Assembly (NCBI GenBank): GCA_965645245.1
Contig: OZ287082.1
Span: forward strand, 806,001-870,000
DNA from: Massalongia carnosa
Lineage: Eukaryota
Reading direction: 5' to 3'
DNA: 64,000 nucleotides
Shown: piece by piece, positions 44,640-57,680 of the stretch
Numbering within the stretch: the first letter of the stretch is position 1
Layout: the number at the start of each line of letters is the position of its first letter
Translations under genes and position numbers: made by a program
Notes under the pieces: model-generated
Databases searched by the model: none
What the model was told of the DNA's origin: nothing
The model's input: the letters and a program-made list of their open reading frames with translations, nothing else

Positions 44640-47600
44640 AGGCTATTTATCTGCTTTATACATACCAAGAAATCAAAGCTGGGAATTCGTCGAAAAGCGT
44701 GGATCATCTGCGATCGAGGTCGCAAGGCCAGACCGCAAGGCGAAGAACGACGTCACAGTAGCAGTAGACGAATTGAGTGTCCCTTTTCCTGCATCGCTAC
44801 CTTCGTGAACGACGTCGCCTGGCATTTGGAAGTAGTCAAATCGGAACATAATCATGAAGCTAGCTTGAGTGGAGCACATCCCACGCATCGAAGAATCGCC
44901 TTGATCGAGCATAAGGAGGAGATTTCTCGTCCATTGACTGTACAAACCAATCCGGCCAACGTGCTGTCGAGTCTTCGTATTGGGGCTCCGACTCCGAATT
45001 CGGTCAGATGGGATGAGAATGGCAATCCTGAAGTCGTCAATCCGATGTTTATTAGTCGAGACATCTACAACTTTCGAGCTCAATTGCGACGAATTGCTTT
45101 TGGCTCATTGACTCCGATACAAAGCCTGATTTAGGAGTTTGACAAGGGCGACTGGGTATACGAGTTGCAGACAAATGATGAAAATCAGGTGAGTTTGACA
45201 AGGACAGGACAACTGAAGTTGCAGACTAATGATGAGAACCAATCAGATCGTCAATCTTTTTTCAGTAAATGCAGTACTCAGACTCTTTTGAAGGCAAATC
45301 CAGAAGTTTTAGTGATGGATTGCACCTACAAAACCAACAGATTCAAAATGCCTTTGTTGATCATCGGCGGACAGACCGCATTGCATACTACGTTCTATGT
45401 CGCCTTCTGCTTCATGCATGAGGAGAGAAATGAGTCTTACATCTGGGCCATGACTCGTTTGAAAGTCTTGTACTCGCAGCTAGAACTTCCTTCTCCAACT
45501 ACGACAATCACCGACATGGATAGAGGTTTGATGTCGGCAATTGAGCTGATTTTTCCATCTACCAGTCATTTATTGTGTATCTGGCACATCAACAAGAATG
45601 TCCTAGCTCATTGCAAGAAATCATTCAGTACTGAGGCATGGGAAGTCTTTTACGGACGATGGAAATCACTTATTAAGGCTGATTCCGAGCCTAATTTTGA
45701 AGAGATGTGGGGACAGTTTCGAATCACATACAATCGTACACATGCTGATTTGGTGAAGTATCTTTGTTGAACAAAAAATCAACCAGGCATACGGCAGCGG
45801 GATGCAGGAGAAGAGGGTCTAGGGCTATCAAGGATAGGCAAAGAGAAGTGCTTGGCAAACGTGATGCAGGTACTCCGTATTTCCAGTGAAGATACTCCAA
45901 ATTTAGCTATCTGCTGAACTGAATTCTGAACGACTGAATAGCTAAATTACATGAGGAATCATCGTCTCTTTATACTGCTTGAGGGCCTCCATCTCGGCCT
46001 ATATCAAATGCATGAACCTGCTTCCTTTGAACCTTTTCAGCTGGGCAAAATACACCTCGTTGCTGACCGGAGACACCGAGACACTCAGTGATCATGAACA
46101 GCTGAATTGCCTCCGAAATGTAGCATTCTTGCTGCATACTTTTGCCTCCTCGTAGTTGCCGAAGTCGTGCCGAAATCTGAAGCTTTTCGCATATAGCATA
46201 TGATTGCCTAATCTGGAAATTAGTAAGCAGGAGGCAAAAGAACCTCGGTCGCAAATATTCAGGTATCTCGGCAAATTCCAATACTCCCACTCCGAGTATC
46301 TGAATGGCTTCATACCCTCGCATGCCCGAAAACGAATTAAAAGAAATCCTCCGCGTTTTGCCCATCTGAACACGATGCTCAGGTAGGCCATGGGCCCTCG
46401 TGGGCCGATGTGGTTGCGATAAACTATCGCTAACTCTCTAGGTCTCCTTCATACCTAGTAGAGCACGTCCGCGTTCAAAAGCCGCCTTGGTCAAAGGCTT
46501 TGTCAGAATATCAGCTGCCATCTCGTTGGTGGGATCATAGCTTTTTCTGATACTCCAGCTGGTCGGTCCTGGGTTCCGTGGGGGTGGCGGCAGTCAGTGC
46601 TGCATATCCATCAATCGAGTTGAAACTGGGTGTGCATTTTCCATCCCATATTTCGAAATGAAGTTGTTGATGTATACTGACTGATCTAGTGTTAGATTTC
46701 TAGATTTTCGGTTTCTCCGCACTCGCATTCCCAAGATGTGGTCCACCTCTCCCAAATCCTTCATCTTAGACTCCCGTTTTAGCTGTGCCTTGACTGCATT
46801 GATGCGGGATATTTTGGCGGTAAAAATGAGAAGATCATCGACGTATACTGAGATAATGACGCCGGCTTGGAGGTTTATGAACACACAATTGTCGGCTGAG
46901 ATTGGTTCGAATCCAATGGATCTCAGATACCTTCTGAACTTTCTGCTCCAGATTCGGCCGGATTGCTTGAGACCATAAAGGCCTTTTTGCAGTAGAAGGG
47001 CCTTATTCTTTTCGTTCGGAACATCCATTCCCTCTGGTATTTCCATGTAGATTTCTTCTTCCAACTCACCTTCTAAATAGGCATTTGAAACGTCCATTTG
47101 ATGTGCTTCCAGGTTCAGTAACGCAGTAATTGCCATTAACATTCTCAGAGATTCGAACCTCAAAGTGGGTGTAAATGTCTCTTCGTAATCAATGCCATAT
47201 TTCTGACTGAAACCTCTAGCACAAAGTCTGGCCTTGAACCGCTCAATAACTGCGGTGGATGTGTATTTGATTTTGAACACCCATTTCGAAGTTATTAGCT
47301 CACGGTTTTTCGGCCTCGGCACGATAATAAACGTGCGTTTCCACCGCAGCGCTTCCAGCTCTTCTTCCGTTGCCCCCCTCCATTCACGGCGATTTGGTCC
47401 AGTCATGGCTTCCTTATAGGTAGCCGGTTCAGGCAATCGAGCTATATAAACGATAGCCATTGGTGCTTTTGACTTATCAAATGCCTTGGAGTCATACGGC
47501 TTTTTCGTGCGTCTTGACCGGGAAGATGCTGCTGAAACAAGCTGTTGATTTTTCGGTGAGAGCGTGGCTTTCTGCCCCCTTTTTGAATTCTGTGCTGGCT

Positions 47601-50600
47601 CTGGCGAACTTCGTCCAGTAGTCGGCAGACCTTCGAATTCTGGCGCTCGGATTTCAGTTTCCGAGATCTCGTTTCCTTCTTCTTGATTTCCCGGAGTTTC
47701 GCGATTTCCGGGAATATCGCCTTCATTCAGTGAGGGATTCTCTGCACCCTCAATACTTTCTCCGGGAACATTATCGCCTAGAACTATTGCGTCGTCATTT
47801 TCTAGGTTTGATGTTCCCTGAAACTCTAAGGCTGTCTCAGGGTTGGTAAGTTTGTGCGTAGGAACTCCTTGTTCCTCATCCGGTTCGTAGTCCGAATCTG
47901 CAACATCTAACTCCCACTCACCCGGTTCCACTGGTGCGTTCAGTAAAGGGCCTCCTGGCCAATCCTCGAAAAACTTCACTGAGGTATGTACTCCCACTGT
48001 TTTCGTATCAGGATTATGCACCTTATACTGTCTTGATGACCGGAATCCAACGAGAATTCCCTGATGGGATACCTTATCCATCTTCGCACGAGTTTCGCTA
48101 GGAACGTGCACGTGTACGAGGCATCCATAGGTCCTTATATGGCCTACCTCTGGCTTCTTCTGGTGCCACATCTCATATGGGGTCTTCATATCAAACCGCT
48201 TCGACGGAAGCCGATTCTTCAGATAATTGGCAGTCAGTACTGCGTCCCCCCAAATGACCTAGGCAACCCAGACCACATCTGCATCGCTGATACCACCTGC
48301 ATCAGCGTTCTATTGAGTCTTTCTGCAACCCCATTCTGCTCAGGGGTATAGGCCGTGGTAAACTCCACCACTATTCCTTCCGGCAATATCGTTCTAGCCA
48401 GTTTTCATACTCCAAAGCGTTATCACATCGCAGGGTCCTGATTCGCTCCCCTGTCTCGATCTCGGCACGATTTTTGAACATCCGAAAGAGCTTTTCTAGC
48501 TCGCTCCTGGCCCCGAGGTAAACATCCGAGTAGCCGGTGGCTTCGTCGGTGAAGGACACAAAACACTTGGTCCCCTGGTTATTGGGCACCCGATATGGAC
48601 CCCAAAAGTCTGAATAGACTCGTTCCAGACAGCGGGTAGCCCGTTCTGGTGGGTTTCGGTTGATTATTCGAGTCATTTTCGTCTGAGTACATGTGATGCA
48701 TTTGCATTCCTTCTCATGGTCATGTAACTTGGCTCCCACTCCATTAGTGGCTTCATGGAGGACAGTGAGTCTGTATGCTCCCACGTGCCCCATGCGTCCA
48801 TGCCATAGTAGGTATCGGTCTCTTTCTAATTGGGACCGAGTGCTAATTGCTTTTTTGTTGTCTTTTGCATTTTCTGGCATTCTTGGCAAATTCTGATTTC
48901 CGGACGATCTTTCGCTGATATTTGGATCAGAAGTAATAGGGATTTCTTCCTCGGGATCCTCAGTGGCTATCAGGGCCACTCCGCTTCCTGCGGATCGGAG
49001 CAGGTACGTTTTTCCCACCAAAAACCCGGTGGCGAGGCAGGTACCTCTCCTCAAAATTTCGACGCAACTCAATCCAAACCTCACAATCATTCCTCTAGCT
49101 TGTAATGCCGAAATTGACAACAAATTCGCATCCAGCTCAGGTACGTATAACACTTCTGTGAGTTTGAACTTCTTATCCTCCAGCTCCACAGCCACATCAC
49201 CTTTACCAGGTGATTTAATCTTTACCCCATTAGCTATCGTCACCCAACTTACCTGCAGTGTAAAGTTTGTGAATAGCTTCCGATTGGCCGTCATATGGCG
49301 ACTGGCCCCTGAGTCAATAATCCACTCATTCGGGGGTATTACTTTGGAAGTGAGTTTTGCCACTCTAGCAAAACTCTTAGGGGAGGAGCACTTCTGGGAA
49401 GTGCGATAGCGCGCCCCATTGTTGACGTAGTCGGTGTAATCCTCATGGTCGCTCTGGTCCACGTGGTCAATGGCCATGCGACCGTACACTGACTCGTCGT
49501 CGCTATCCTCACTGTCGCTGTCCCTTGTGCCGGATGCTTTGCGTGCAAGGTGACCTCCTCGGCCCTTGCCACGTCTGCCATCCCTTAACTTTTCCTCTCC
49601 CTTACCTCCGTCCTTGGCTTTCTTGCCCTTTGATTGGGCCGTGCTGGCGGTATCTTCATTGTAGGCCTTGCCTTCGTCACTGGCAAGCCATTCAAAACAC
49701 TTGGTTTTCACGTGACCAGGTTTCTTGCAGTGGTAACAATTCCCCTTAAACTTATAGGGCTTGGCGGAGACCTTATTAGCGATTTCATAGGGGGTCCCCG
49801 CGTTATCTCTGGCCATCTGCTCGATTTCCTTATATTTTTCAATCACCTTCCGAAACGTGAGGTTTTCCAAGTCGTTTAATTGCAATTTCACCGCATTATA
49901 CCGCTCGTGATCCACCGAATCCATTAGGACTAGGGCCATCATGATATCGGATGGCTTCACCTCTGGGTTGATGTTTGCGATGATATCCCTCATATCTTCT
50001 AGCTCTGCTGCAGTCTCATCCACTCCTTCCTCTACCTTGGCCTTATACGTATGAAATCGGCGGAGCATGGGGACCAAGCGTGTCCTGGAGTCTTTGCCGT
50101 GAATTTCCTTTTGGGCATCCCATACCCCTTTGGCAGATTGCTGCAGTTGCACATGCTTCTGCTGCCTTTCGTCCATGGCTCCCATGAGGATGGTGATTGC
50201 TGTGGCATCATCAAAGATCCACGAGTCTCTATCCAAAGGCATGCTTCCTGGTGGTTCGAGTATCTCTCCACTGACTACTTTCCAGAGCCCTTTGGCAATT
50301 AAGTGCACCTTCAAAAGGTGGGACCACAGCCTGTAGTTGTCGCTAGTAAGTTTTGGCAGTTTTACTTCACCTTTCACACCGGCACCCCTTTTATATCCCC
50401 CATCAATGGCTGTCAAAGCCGCTAGGCCCTTGTCCTTTGATGAGGAGGCCTTGCTAGCCTCGGGGGTGGTGGATGCCCTCATGGCACCTCCGGTATCTTG
50501 GCTGTCTTCTGAGACAGACATTTTGGTGGTGAAGGAGTCGTCCTATTCGAGTGCCGAAATGGATAGCTAGGAGTTCAAACAAGCACACGGGCTATATCCC

Positions 50601-52710
50601 CTAAGATAAAAGATCTAATGATAAATACTCCTGGATTTGAATAGAGTGCTATCCGGGCTCATAACCTGTTGAACAAAAAATCAACCAGGCATACGGCAGC
50701 GGGATGCAGGAGAAGAGGGTCTAGGGCTATCAAGGATAGGCAAAGAGAAGTGCTTGGCAAACGTGATGCAGGTACTCCGTATTTCCAGTGAAGATACTCC
50801 AAATTTAGCTATCTGCTGAACTGAATTCTGAACGACTGAATAGCTAAATTACATGAGGAATCATCGTCTCTTTATACTGCTTGAGGGCCTCCATCTCGGC
50901 CTATATCAAATGCATGAACCTGCTTCCTTTGAACCTTTTCAGCTGGGCAAAATACACCTCGTTGCTGACCGGAGACACCGAGACACTCAGTGATCATGAA
51001 CAGCTGAATTGCCTCCGAAATGTAGCATTCTTGCTGCATACTTTTGCCTCCTCGTAGTTGCCGAAGTCGTGCCGAAATCTGAAGCTTTTCGCATATAGCA
51101 TATGATTGCCTAATCTGGAAATTAGTAAGCAGGAGGCAAAAGAACCTCGGTCGCAAATATTCAGGTATCTCGGCAAATTCCAATAATCTTAATGCCACCT
51201 ACATTTCTTTTCGTCAGAGATTTGTAAAGTGCTGGACTGACCGAGTGAGGCATTTCGAGACAACGACTACTTCGCGAGGTGAGGGCGAACATGCTGTATT
51301 GAAAAGGCAGCTGGGAACCTCCAATGGTGACTTAAAAGCAGTCGTAGATGGCGTCGCCTTGCTCCTAACCAATGAGCTTCATAATCACCTCATCGCTATC
51401 AATTCGGCTAAGGATCGCTATCCTACCGACTTGCGCAAACCAATTTTCCAACGTTTGGCGAGTCGGGTCACCCCGTTTGCACTTCGAAAAATTCTTGGTC
51501 AGTACAATTTGTTGGTTGATCAACCAACGGCGATCAGGGCCTGCACCGAGGTCTTTACTACTGTCACCGGCCTGCCCTGTAGTCACAGAATTCAGGAACG
51601 ACTGTACGATGACGGTGTTTTGTTGTTGGAGGATGTCCATCCTCATTGGAGGTTGGTTTTGATCAAACATTGTTGAATTTAACTAATTCTAAATCTAGAT
51701 TTGAAAGAGACCTTCCAGCTGATGATAATGATCCCTTGCTGGCGGTGCAGGATCCCGCTGTCGTGCGACCTCGCGGAAGCCCTCGAGGTTCCGAAAACAG
51801 AAGACAACAAGTCTTTGAAGCTTCCACCCTGCGAGAACCTTCCTTATTCGAACGGATTGAGGCGGAAATAGCTGATCTACAAGGCGGGGAGGTGGCTCCG
51901 GACGTGGAAGCTGTCGTACATCGAGCTGATCCAGCTCCAGGGCGGGGACGCGGGCGGGGACGTGGGCGAGGGGTACGAGCACGAGGACAGGGACAGGGAC
52001 AGCGACAGGAATCGGGACAGGGACAGGGACAGGGACGGGGAAGAGGGCGGAGACGAGGTAGGGCATCTCGGCAAGGGGCGCTGCTACAAATCAAGAAGGG
52101 GCGATACCGAATGAGGTTAAGTGGCATGAAATCAGAGTCTGATTCATGGAGATGATGTCAATCGACTCCATTTCATCAAGGCAATTGCTGTCCATGAGAG
52201 ATGTGTTAAATGGTAAGGCTACCATCGGTTAGATGGTCAGACTACCACTAGTATAGGCATCCATCGTGAGCTGCTAGGCATCTATAGGAGGTGCCTAATA
52301 GGCAGTTCGGGAGGTTCCTTGCAAAGTGCCTAAAAAAGCAGATGTGGGAGTCAAGGTCTGATCGTCAGGGTGCCTAAACAAGGGGGGACAAGGTCTGACC
52401 GTTTAGGCTCCTAGATGTGACTATTTTGTGACTGCTATATAAAGCAGACTTATAGCCCACATAGATAATTACCTTCAATGACAATCATGCTACTATACCT
52501 ACAAAGTGAATTTATATTTCATTAAGATGTGCACATTCTTTTCAATTCAAATTTTGAACGTGGGCGAAAATTTTCAGTCGCTTATCCTAATGAGGTTTAG
52601 GGAGGGGTCCAGCCCTAACCCCTAGAATTTTTTTAGCCGGAAGGGGTGTGTCTAGGTAGCCGGAGAGGGTGTGTCTAGGTAGCGGATGGGGTGTCCATAT
52701 AACAGTACCC
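44640..52710 (+). mobile_element. Mutator (MULE) DNA transposon, 5'-truncated, transposase split by Copia-3
   Basis: FAR1/WRKY-like CDRG..IECPF..EHNH. DDE motifs MDCTYKTNRFKMPL, ITDMDRGL, LCIWHINKN and TTSRGEGEH. SWIM-like C...GLPCSH. Probable right TIR with subterminal repeats at 52637-52710. Confidence 0.88.
45765..51185 (-). mobile_element. Ty1/Copia element (Copia-3) with apparently identical 519-bp LTRs but defective pol
   Basis: LTRs 45765-46283 and 50667-51185. TSD ATCTT. PBS GGTTATGAGCCC. PPT ggagtgggag. ORFs 50521-48371 (gag, PR WIIDSGASRH, IN) and 48189-46594 (RT YVDD). Confidence 0.95.
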
Positions 52711-53019
52711 TATAATAAATCCGAATCTATAAAACTATCTCTCAAGATTATCGATATGAGAAGTCTTGAATAATGTTATGCATGAGATAATATTTCGTGA
52801 TATAGACACGATGTTTAATTTTGCATAAGGATAATATCTTACTGTTATTGAAAGAGAATTAAAGTCAATTCCGCAGCACACGTTTCCGCAAACCTATTTT
52901 AATTCCTATCCCTAACCCGTCATATTCTTCAACTACCATTTCACTCTAGCCGCGCGTTCGCCGCCGATAGAATATCCCGCAACGTCCCGTTATCATTATC
53001 CTCATCTCTCATAGCCGGA

Positions 53020-55126
53020 AAATCAAAACCACGACGACGACAACGACGATCGCGATTCAGAAACATCGCCCGCTCGAAATCGATCAGCATGAGGCGATCC
53101 AGTTAGCGGTTCCAGAGGACGTTGGGCGGGCGCAGGTCTACTTAATTGATTCCTACGAGTGTCACTTCGGCGACGGTGCGGCGGAGTTCTGCTTGGAAGG
53201 ATGGTCTTGTTTTGACCGTCTCGTAAGATTCGGCCACGTCTCCTCCCCAGGACATAAGGAGCATGTGCACGATTCGGACCTCGACGTCGAGATGGTAGGG
53301 TTTGGCGAGGTCAATGTTGCCAAGATAGACGGGAACGGCCGCGCCTTGAAGATGTTCCAGATGGCGGTACACTCGCCCTTCATGTCGCAAGTTGGATACG
53401 AATGCGCGAATGGTGCCTTTGGCCACGAAGACATAGCCGTACGAGGTCAATCGGATTCGGAACAATGCCGCTCGAGCACCTCGTTGGCCTAGGGGTTCGC
53501 AGTTCCGGTCAAGGGTACGGTCCAGCTGCCTGTTAACCAACGCCGTGAACTCTGGCAGGCTGATGGCGTGGCGATCGCTCTTTCTCCGATGCTTGGACAC
53601 GTTTGGACAGCGCTCGTCCAGCGTGGATTTCTGGCGGATCCCGAGCAAGCACTTCTGACTGCAGTACCGTTGTCTTTGGCACTTGCCTTTGTCCTGATCC
53701 TTGCACAGAGACTGTCGCTCTTCCTCATTGGATCGATTTGACAGCTGCCGCACTTGTCCGTTTTTTGGATTCTTCATGGAGGACTCCGTCTCGGACAAAT
53801 CCGTCGATGATTCTTCAGGAGCAGGATCGATCTTAGAGGGCTAGCAGCGCTTCCTTCCTCGCAGCCGAAGCTTGATCGGAGTTCGATCGGAATTCTTCGA
53901 AATCTTGAGTCCACCGTTGGCCTTGAAGAGAGAACTAGGCGTTTCGACACGTTCTCGATCTTCGTCCGATTGACTCGAAAATCCGTCAATTTTTCCCACC
54001 TTTCCAGCTCATCCATCATTTTGTTCCGCCACCCCTGGTTCCTCGGGGTGAACTGCTCCGACTGAAACGCCATGAGACACAGGCCAAGCACCTGAGCAAC
54101 AGCAGTGCGTTGCCAGTCGTAGCCATTCGTGTCCACGTCCTCGTTCGGGATGGCCAAGTGATAATACACTGTGGCTGGGTTTTTGGCTCGCACCCAGAGG
54201 AAGACGAGTGCAACTCCTGTCGTGATGTAACAGTACTCCAACCCGTTCTCGATCATATCCGAGTAAGCCTGCGTGACCGCGCATCCTATGCGCCAGTCCG
54301 CTTTATGATCTTTCTGTTCCTGCTCCGTCGCAAATATGGACACGTCGATGACATCGTTAGCTAAGTTCATGGGCCGCAGACATGTTTGCAGGTCTTGCAC
54401 TGAAAGTTTGTGAGCCGCTTTGTATTCGGCCACCAACAGCAGTTTGTGACTGCCGGCCGTCTTGTAGATGCAATATTGATCCGGTCGACCGCGTTTTCGC
54501 GCTTCTGGAGGATGACGCGTGTCAGCGTTGCCCTGAATTCTCGGATTCCGCAGGTCTTCCATCATATCATGCTCCAGCGCCTCTTCTCCTTGGTCATTGA
54601 GGGAGTTCGCATGGTTATCAAATCCTAACCCATCGAATTCTGTCATCATGCTCAGTTGCTCCATAATCTTTGCCGTGGGCCCCTCCACTGCGAGTCGCTC
54701 GTAGGATATGAGATCTGATTTGCTGGCATATTTGCGCTCACAGAGGTCGTCGCCAAGCTCTTGCAAATGTTGCACCGTGGCAAATCGCCGGAGATGAGGC
54801 GTGCAGTCCGAGTGAAAGCGTTTTCGCGCATCGATCAACAACGATGCTTGGGCTCCGTCGAAGCCCTCTCAAGGCCGGAGTTTGCTGGGACATACCTTGC
54901 CGGTCACGCTGGTAAGTGCGCCCGTCGTGGTTATACTCTTGTTTACTTGAACGGAAAGTCGTTTCGAAATATGCACGCGGCAGGCTTGCAGGTACTCGTC
55001 GAACGTTGTTGCCCGTAAGCGCTGCTCGGCTTCTTCTCTGCGCTGCTCAGCTTCTTCCCTGCGTCGCTCCAGCTCCCTCAAGCGTTCCTCAAGACGCTGA
55101 AAATCGGATTCTCTTCGTGCCGCCAT
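53020..55126 (-). pseudogene. Spok-like protein (coiled-coil, PD-(D/E)xK nuclease, Cys cluster, kinase-like domain), disrupted
   Basis: Coiled coil then TTFDEYLQAC. Nuclease-like RPDQYCIY..LLLVAEYKAAHKL. Cys cluster YCSQKCLLG..LDERCPNVSKH. Kinase-like FVAKGT, LQGAAVPVYLG and DLRPPNVLW..LIDFERA. Stops at 54869, 53142 and about 53103, plus a frameshift. Confidence 0.8.
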
Positions 55127-55301
55127 GACCGCTACGAGGAAATGTCATGTAGTGCAATGAATATGTGTTTGTGTATTTCGAGTTGTTTCGATTGATATTA
55201 CCTTGACAACAATAGCCTGAAGCATGACAAGATAAGATTAGATGCCTTTTATATCCTCGTCTTCCGAGTGAAATAATATGACACACAAGAGAGTGTGGGT
55301 A

Positions 55302-55430
55302 CAGTCGAACCCCGCTATAGGGAAGTTCCGTATAACGAAAACCTCGGCATAACGAATTTATTTCTCGGATTTTTGGTAGTTATATGGTAAAAACCTCATT
55401 ATATTGAAAAACCCTCCATAACGAACACAC
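55302..55430 (+). mobile_element. End fragment of a pogo/Tigger-like DNA transposon
   Basis: TA-cagtcgaaccccgctata... with repeated ataacgaa. No matching other end was found. Confidence 0.55.
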
Positions 55431-55433
55431 CAG

Positions 55434-56005
55434 CTTGCTGGGGGCTAGTGAAGTTGTCACCGTGACGGACGGCACCAGGCGTGTAAGCGAGATAGGGCCG
55501 GACGCTAGCAGGGAGGTGAAAAACTCTTCACCTCCTCTATCCCCCTATATCTTCTCTCTTTCCTCATCTGTAACGGTTCGACCAAGCGTGGTGCGGACGG
55601 CAGGACCTACAGCGAACATAGCAGGAGTCCCAGTTATAGTAGAATAGATCTTGGTCTGCGGACTAAGTATTGTGCCTTTTGGCCGGGAAGGACAGGTGGC
55701 GCAATGGTAGAAATCTATTCACTATCTCGCTTCGTCACATCATCAACACTCATCGAAAATAGTGTTTCGCTGTTTCTCCCACCCGCCCTCTCCTACACAG
55801 TCTGTCGTTTAGATAGATGGAGTATGTCTTGACCCCAGGATTCGCATCTACAGCGTCTATGGACCCCGTAGCCTACCCGTTGCGGCTCCGTACCCGGCGC
55901 GGACGGCACACGAATGATGTCATGCCATACCTTAGGGTTAGGACTTTGCCCAAACACTAGAATAGCAATAAACACAAAGTGGCTGCGTTTCACTAGTATA
56001 ACGAA
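55434..56005. mobile_element. Diverged relative of the 2241-2779 element
   Basis: Shared blocks tgctg..gctagtg, ctgtcg.ttagataga.ggagt and gcccaaaca...tagcaata. Ends in ...acga. Confidence 0.6.
55569..55739. mobile_element. Solo LTR (171 bp)
   Basis: tgtaacg...cgtcaca. Perfect TSD TCATC. Partial copies at 57770-57848 (inverted) and 58066-58120 (direct). Confidence 0.85.
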
Positions 56006-56196
56006 AATACTTTGAAATTTTTGGTAACGCTCGTTAACGTAATTCACCGCTATTCGGAACACCCGCTTATTCGCAACTAACAAATTTGGTATCAACCTTC
56101 GTAATTTTTTATTACCGCCGCATCCGCAAAATTTCTAGCACTGTACTCGGGAATTGAGGAACAGGATCTAGTGAATATATATAGCTAGCATAAGAT

Positions 56197-56593
56197 TACG
56201 CCGCTCAACGGGTCGGGTTTCTCTACTGAAAACCCAACCCTTTTGTGGCGAACCCTATGATATTTAGTGTCCGGGTTGAGTTTTGAAAGAAAAACCTGGT
56301 GGCGAAAAAGTAATTTTGTGGCGAAAACCCAACCCGTTGCGCGGCGTAATCCTAATCATCCATGATTTCTTGATGACTAATTTTCAGAATTTTCAGAATT
56401 TCAAATATTTTTAAAACGTCTAAAAAACGTTTAAAATTGACATAAAATATTTACCGGGTCGAACGGGTCAAACGGGTTAACCCGGGAACGGTTCCCCAAC
56501 CCAGCGGGTTGAGCCCTACAGGTTCCCCAACCCGGTAGCGGGTCGGGCTCGACTAGTCTAAACCCGACCCAACCCGACCCGTTGCGCGGCGTA
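56197..56593. mobile_element. hAT MITE short form (56197-56348) followed by a half copy of the long form (about 56360-56593)
   Basis: Same TIR family as 5463-5614 and 41945-42347. No clean TSD. Confidence 0.8.
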
Positions 56594-57680
56594 ACTAAGT
56601 TGAATATTGTTGCGGCTTTCAATCGTATTCGTATGGCCTGCGGAGAGGAATGGAAAACTGCGTTTCGAACACGCTATAGACTATATGAATATCTTGTTAT
56701 GCATTTTAAGCTATGTGGAGCGCCATCCTCCTTTCATGAATACATTAATAATGTACTTCGTGAATATCTTGACATTTTTTGTACCGCGTACGATAAAAAA
56801 TTGATTTACAGCAATTCTTTGAACGAGTACAGGAATCACGTGCAAAAATTCCTGCAAACCCTAAGAAAGGCGGGACTGCTATTGGACATATCAATGTCAC
56901 GGACAAGGTCAAGATAGGGAGATATGCAAGAGTTACTATTAGAAAGCTAGGTCTAGGGATAGTATACAAGACGTCCGACGAAGAGCTCCAAACACCTGAG
57001 AAACCACATAGGTTTTATAGCCATGGCTTCCAACTCCCCTATTCTTGACTTGCCCTCATCTCTGTTCCTGTTCTAATTTCCTAACCATGATCGCTTTGAC
57101 CTGTTCCGCCTTTCTCCATGCCGAAGCAATCTCTCTCTGCTGGGCAATCCCAGTCGTAGGCTTGGATAGTGGAGACGTTGAGATTTGATTCGGGATATAG
57201 GAGTTTGGGAGTGCACTGAAGGCAGCGGAAGAACGTCTGAACACATGGGGTGAGGTTTCAGGATAGTTCGGAATAACGGGCCACGGTTCTATTCAACATG
57301 CAGGGCAGGTTTCACGGCAAGAGAGCCTGTTAAATACTAACCCGATCAGGAAACGTGGAGGGTGCGAGGTAATTCCATGACAATCAAAGTATGAGTTTCA
57401 CGTCACGGAAACCACTTTTCTAGGCATGATAATATCGAAAGACTGTATAAAAATGGACCCGAAGAAGATTGAGACTATTCAAAGTAGAACCCTCCAGAAA
57501 ATCTAAAGGATGAAAAGGCCTTTATATGATTCACAAATTTTTGTAGCCGCTTCGTTAGAGGATTCTCTCGAATAGCCGGGTCATTAACAGCATTATCAAA
57601 GAAAAATAGACCATTTGACTAAACGATCGACTGTGACGAGGCCTTCAATAAACTCAAGACTGTGTTTACTAGTGATTAGT
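56594..57680 (+). pseudogene. Degenerate Gypsy RT fragment
   Basis: TKLNIVAAFNRIRM..EEWKTAFRTRY, and EFHVTETTFLGMII..MDPKKI after the insertion. Confidence 0.85.
56895..57382. mobile_element. Solo LTR (488 bp)
   Basis: tgtcacgga...tccatgaca. Perfect TSD ATCAA. Interrupts the RT fragment. Confidence 0.88.

Noticed and set aside
51663..52127. Antisense Pro/Cys/Arg-rich ORFs
   Set aside because: Shadow frames of the low-complexity RG/QG tail of the Mutator ORF.
52590..52625. Telomere-like tttaggg/ccctaacc motifs
   Set aside because: Isolated copies only, located in the subterminal region of the Mutator element.
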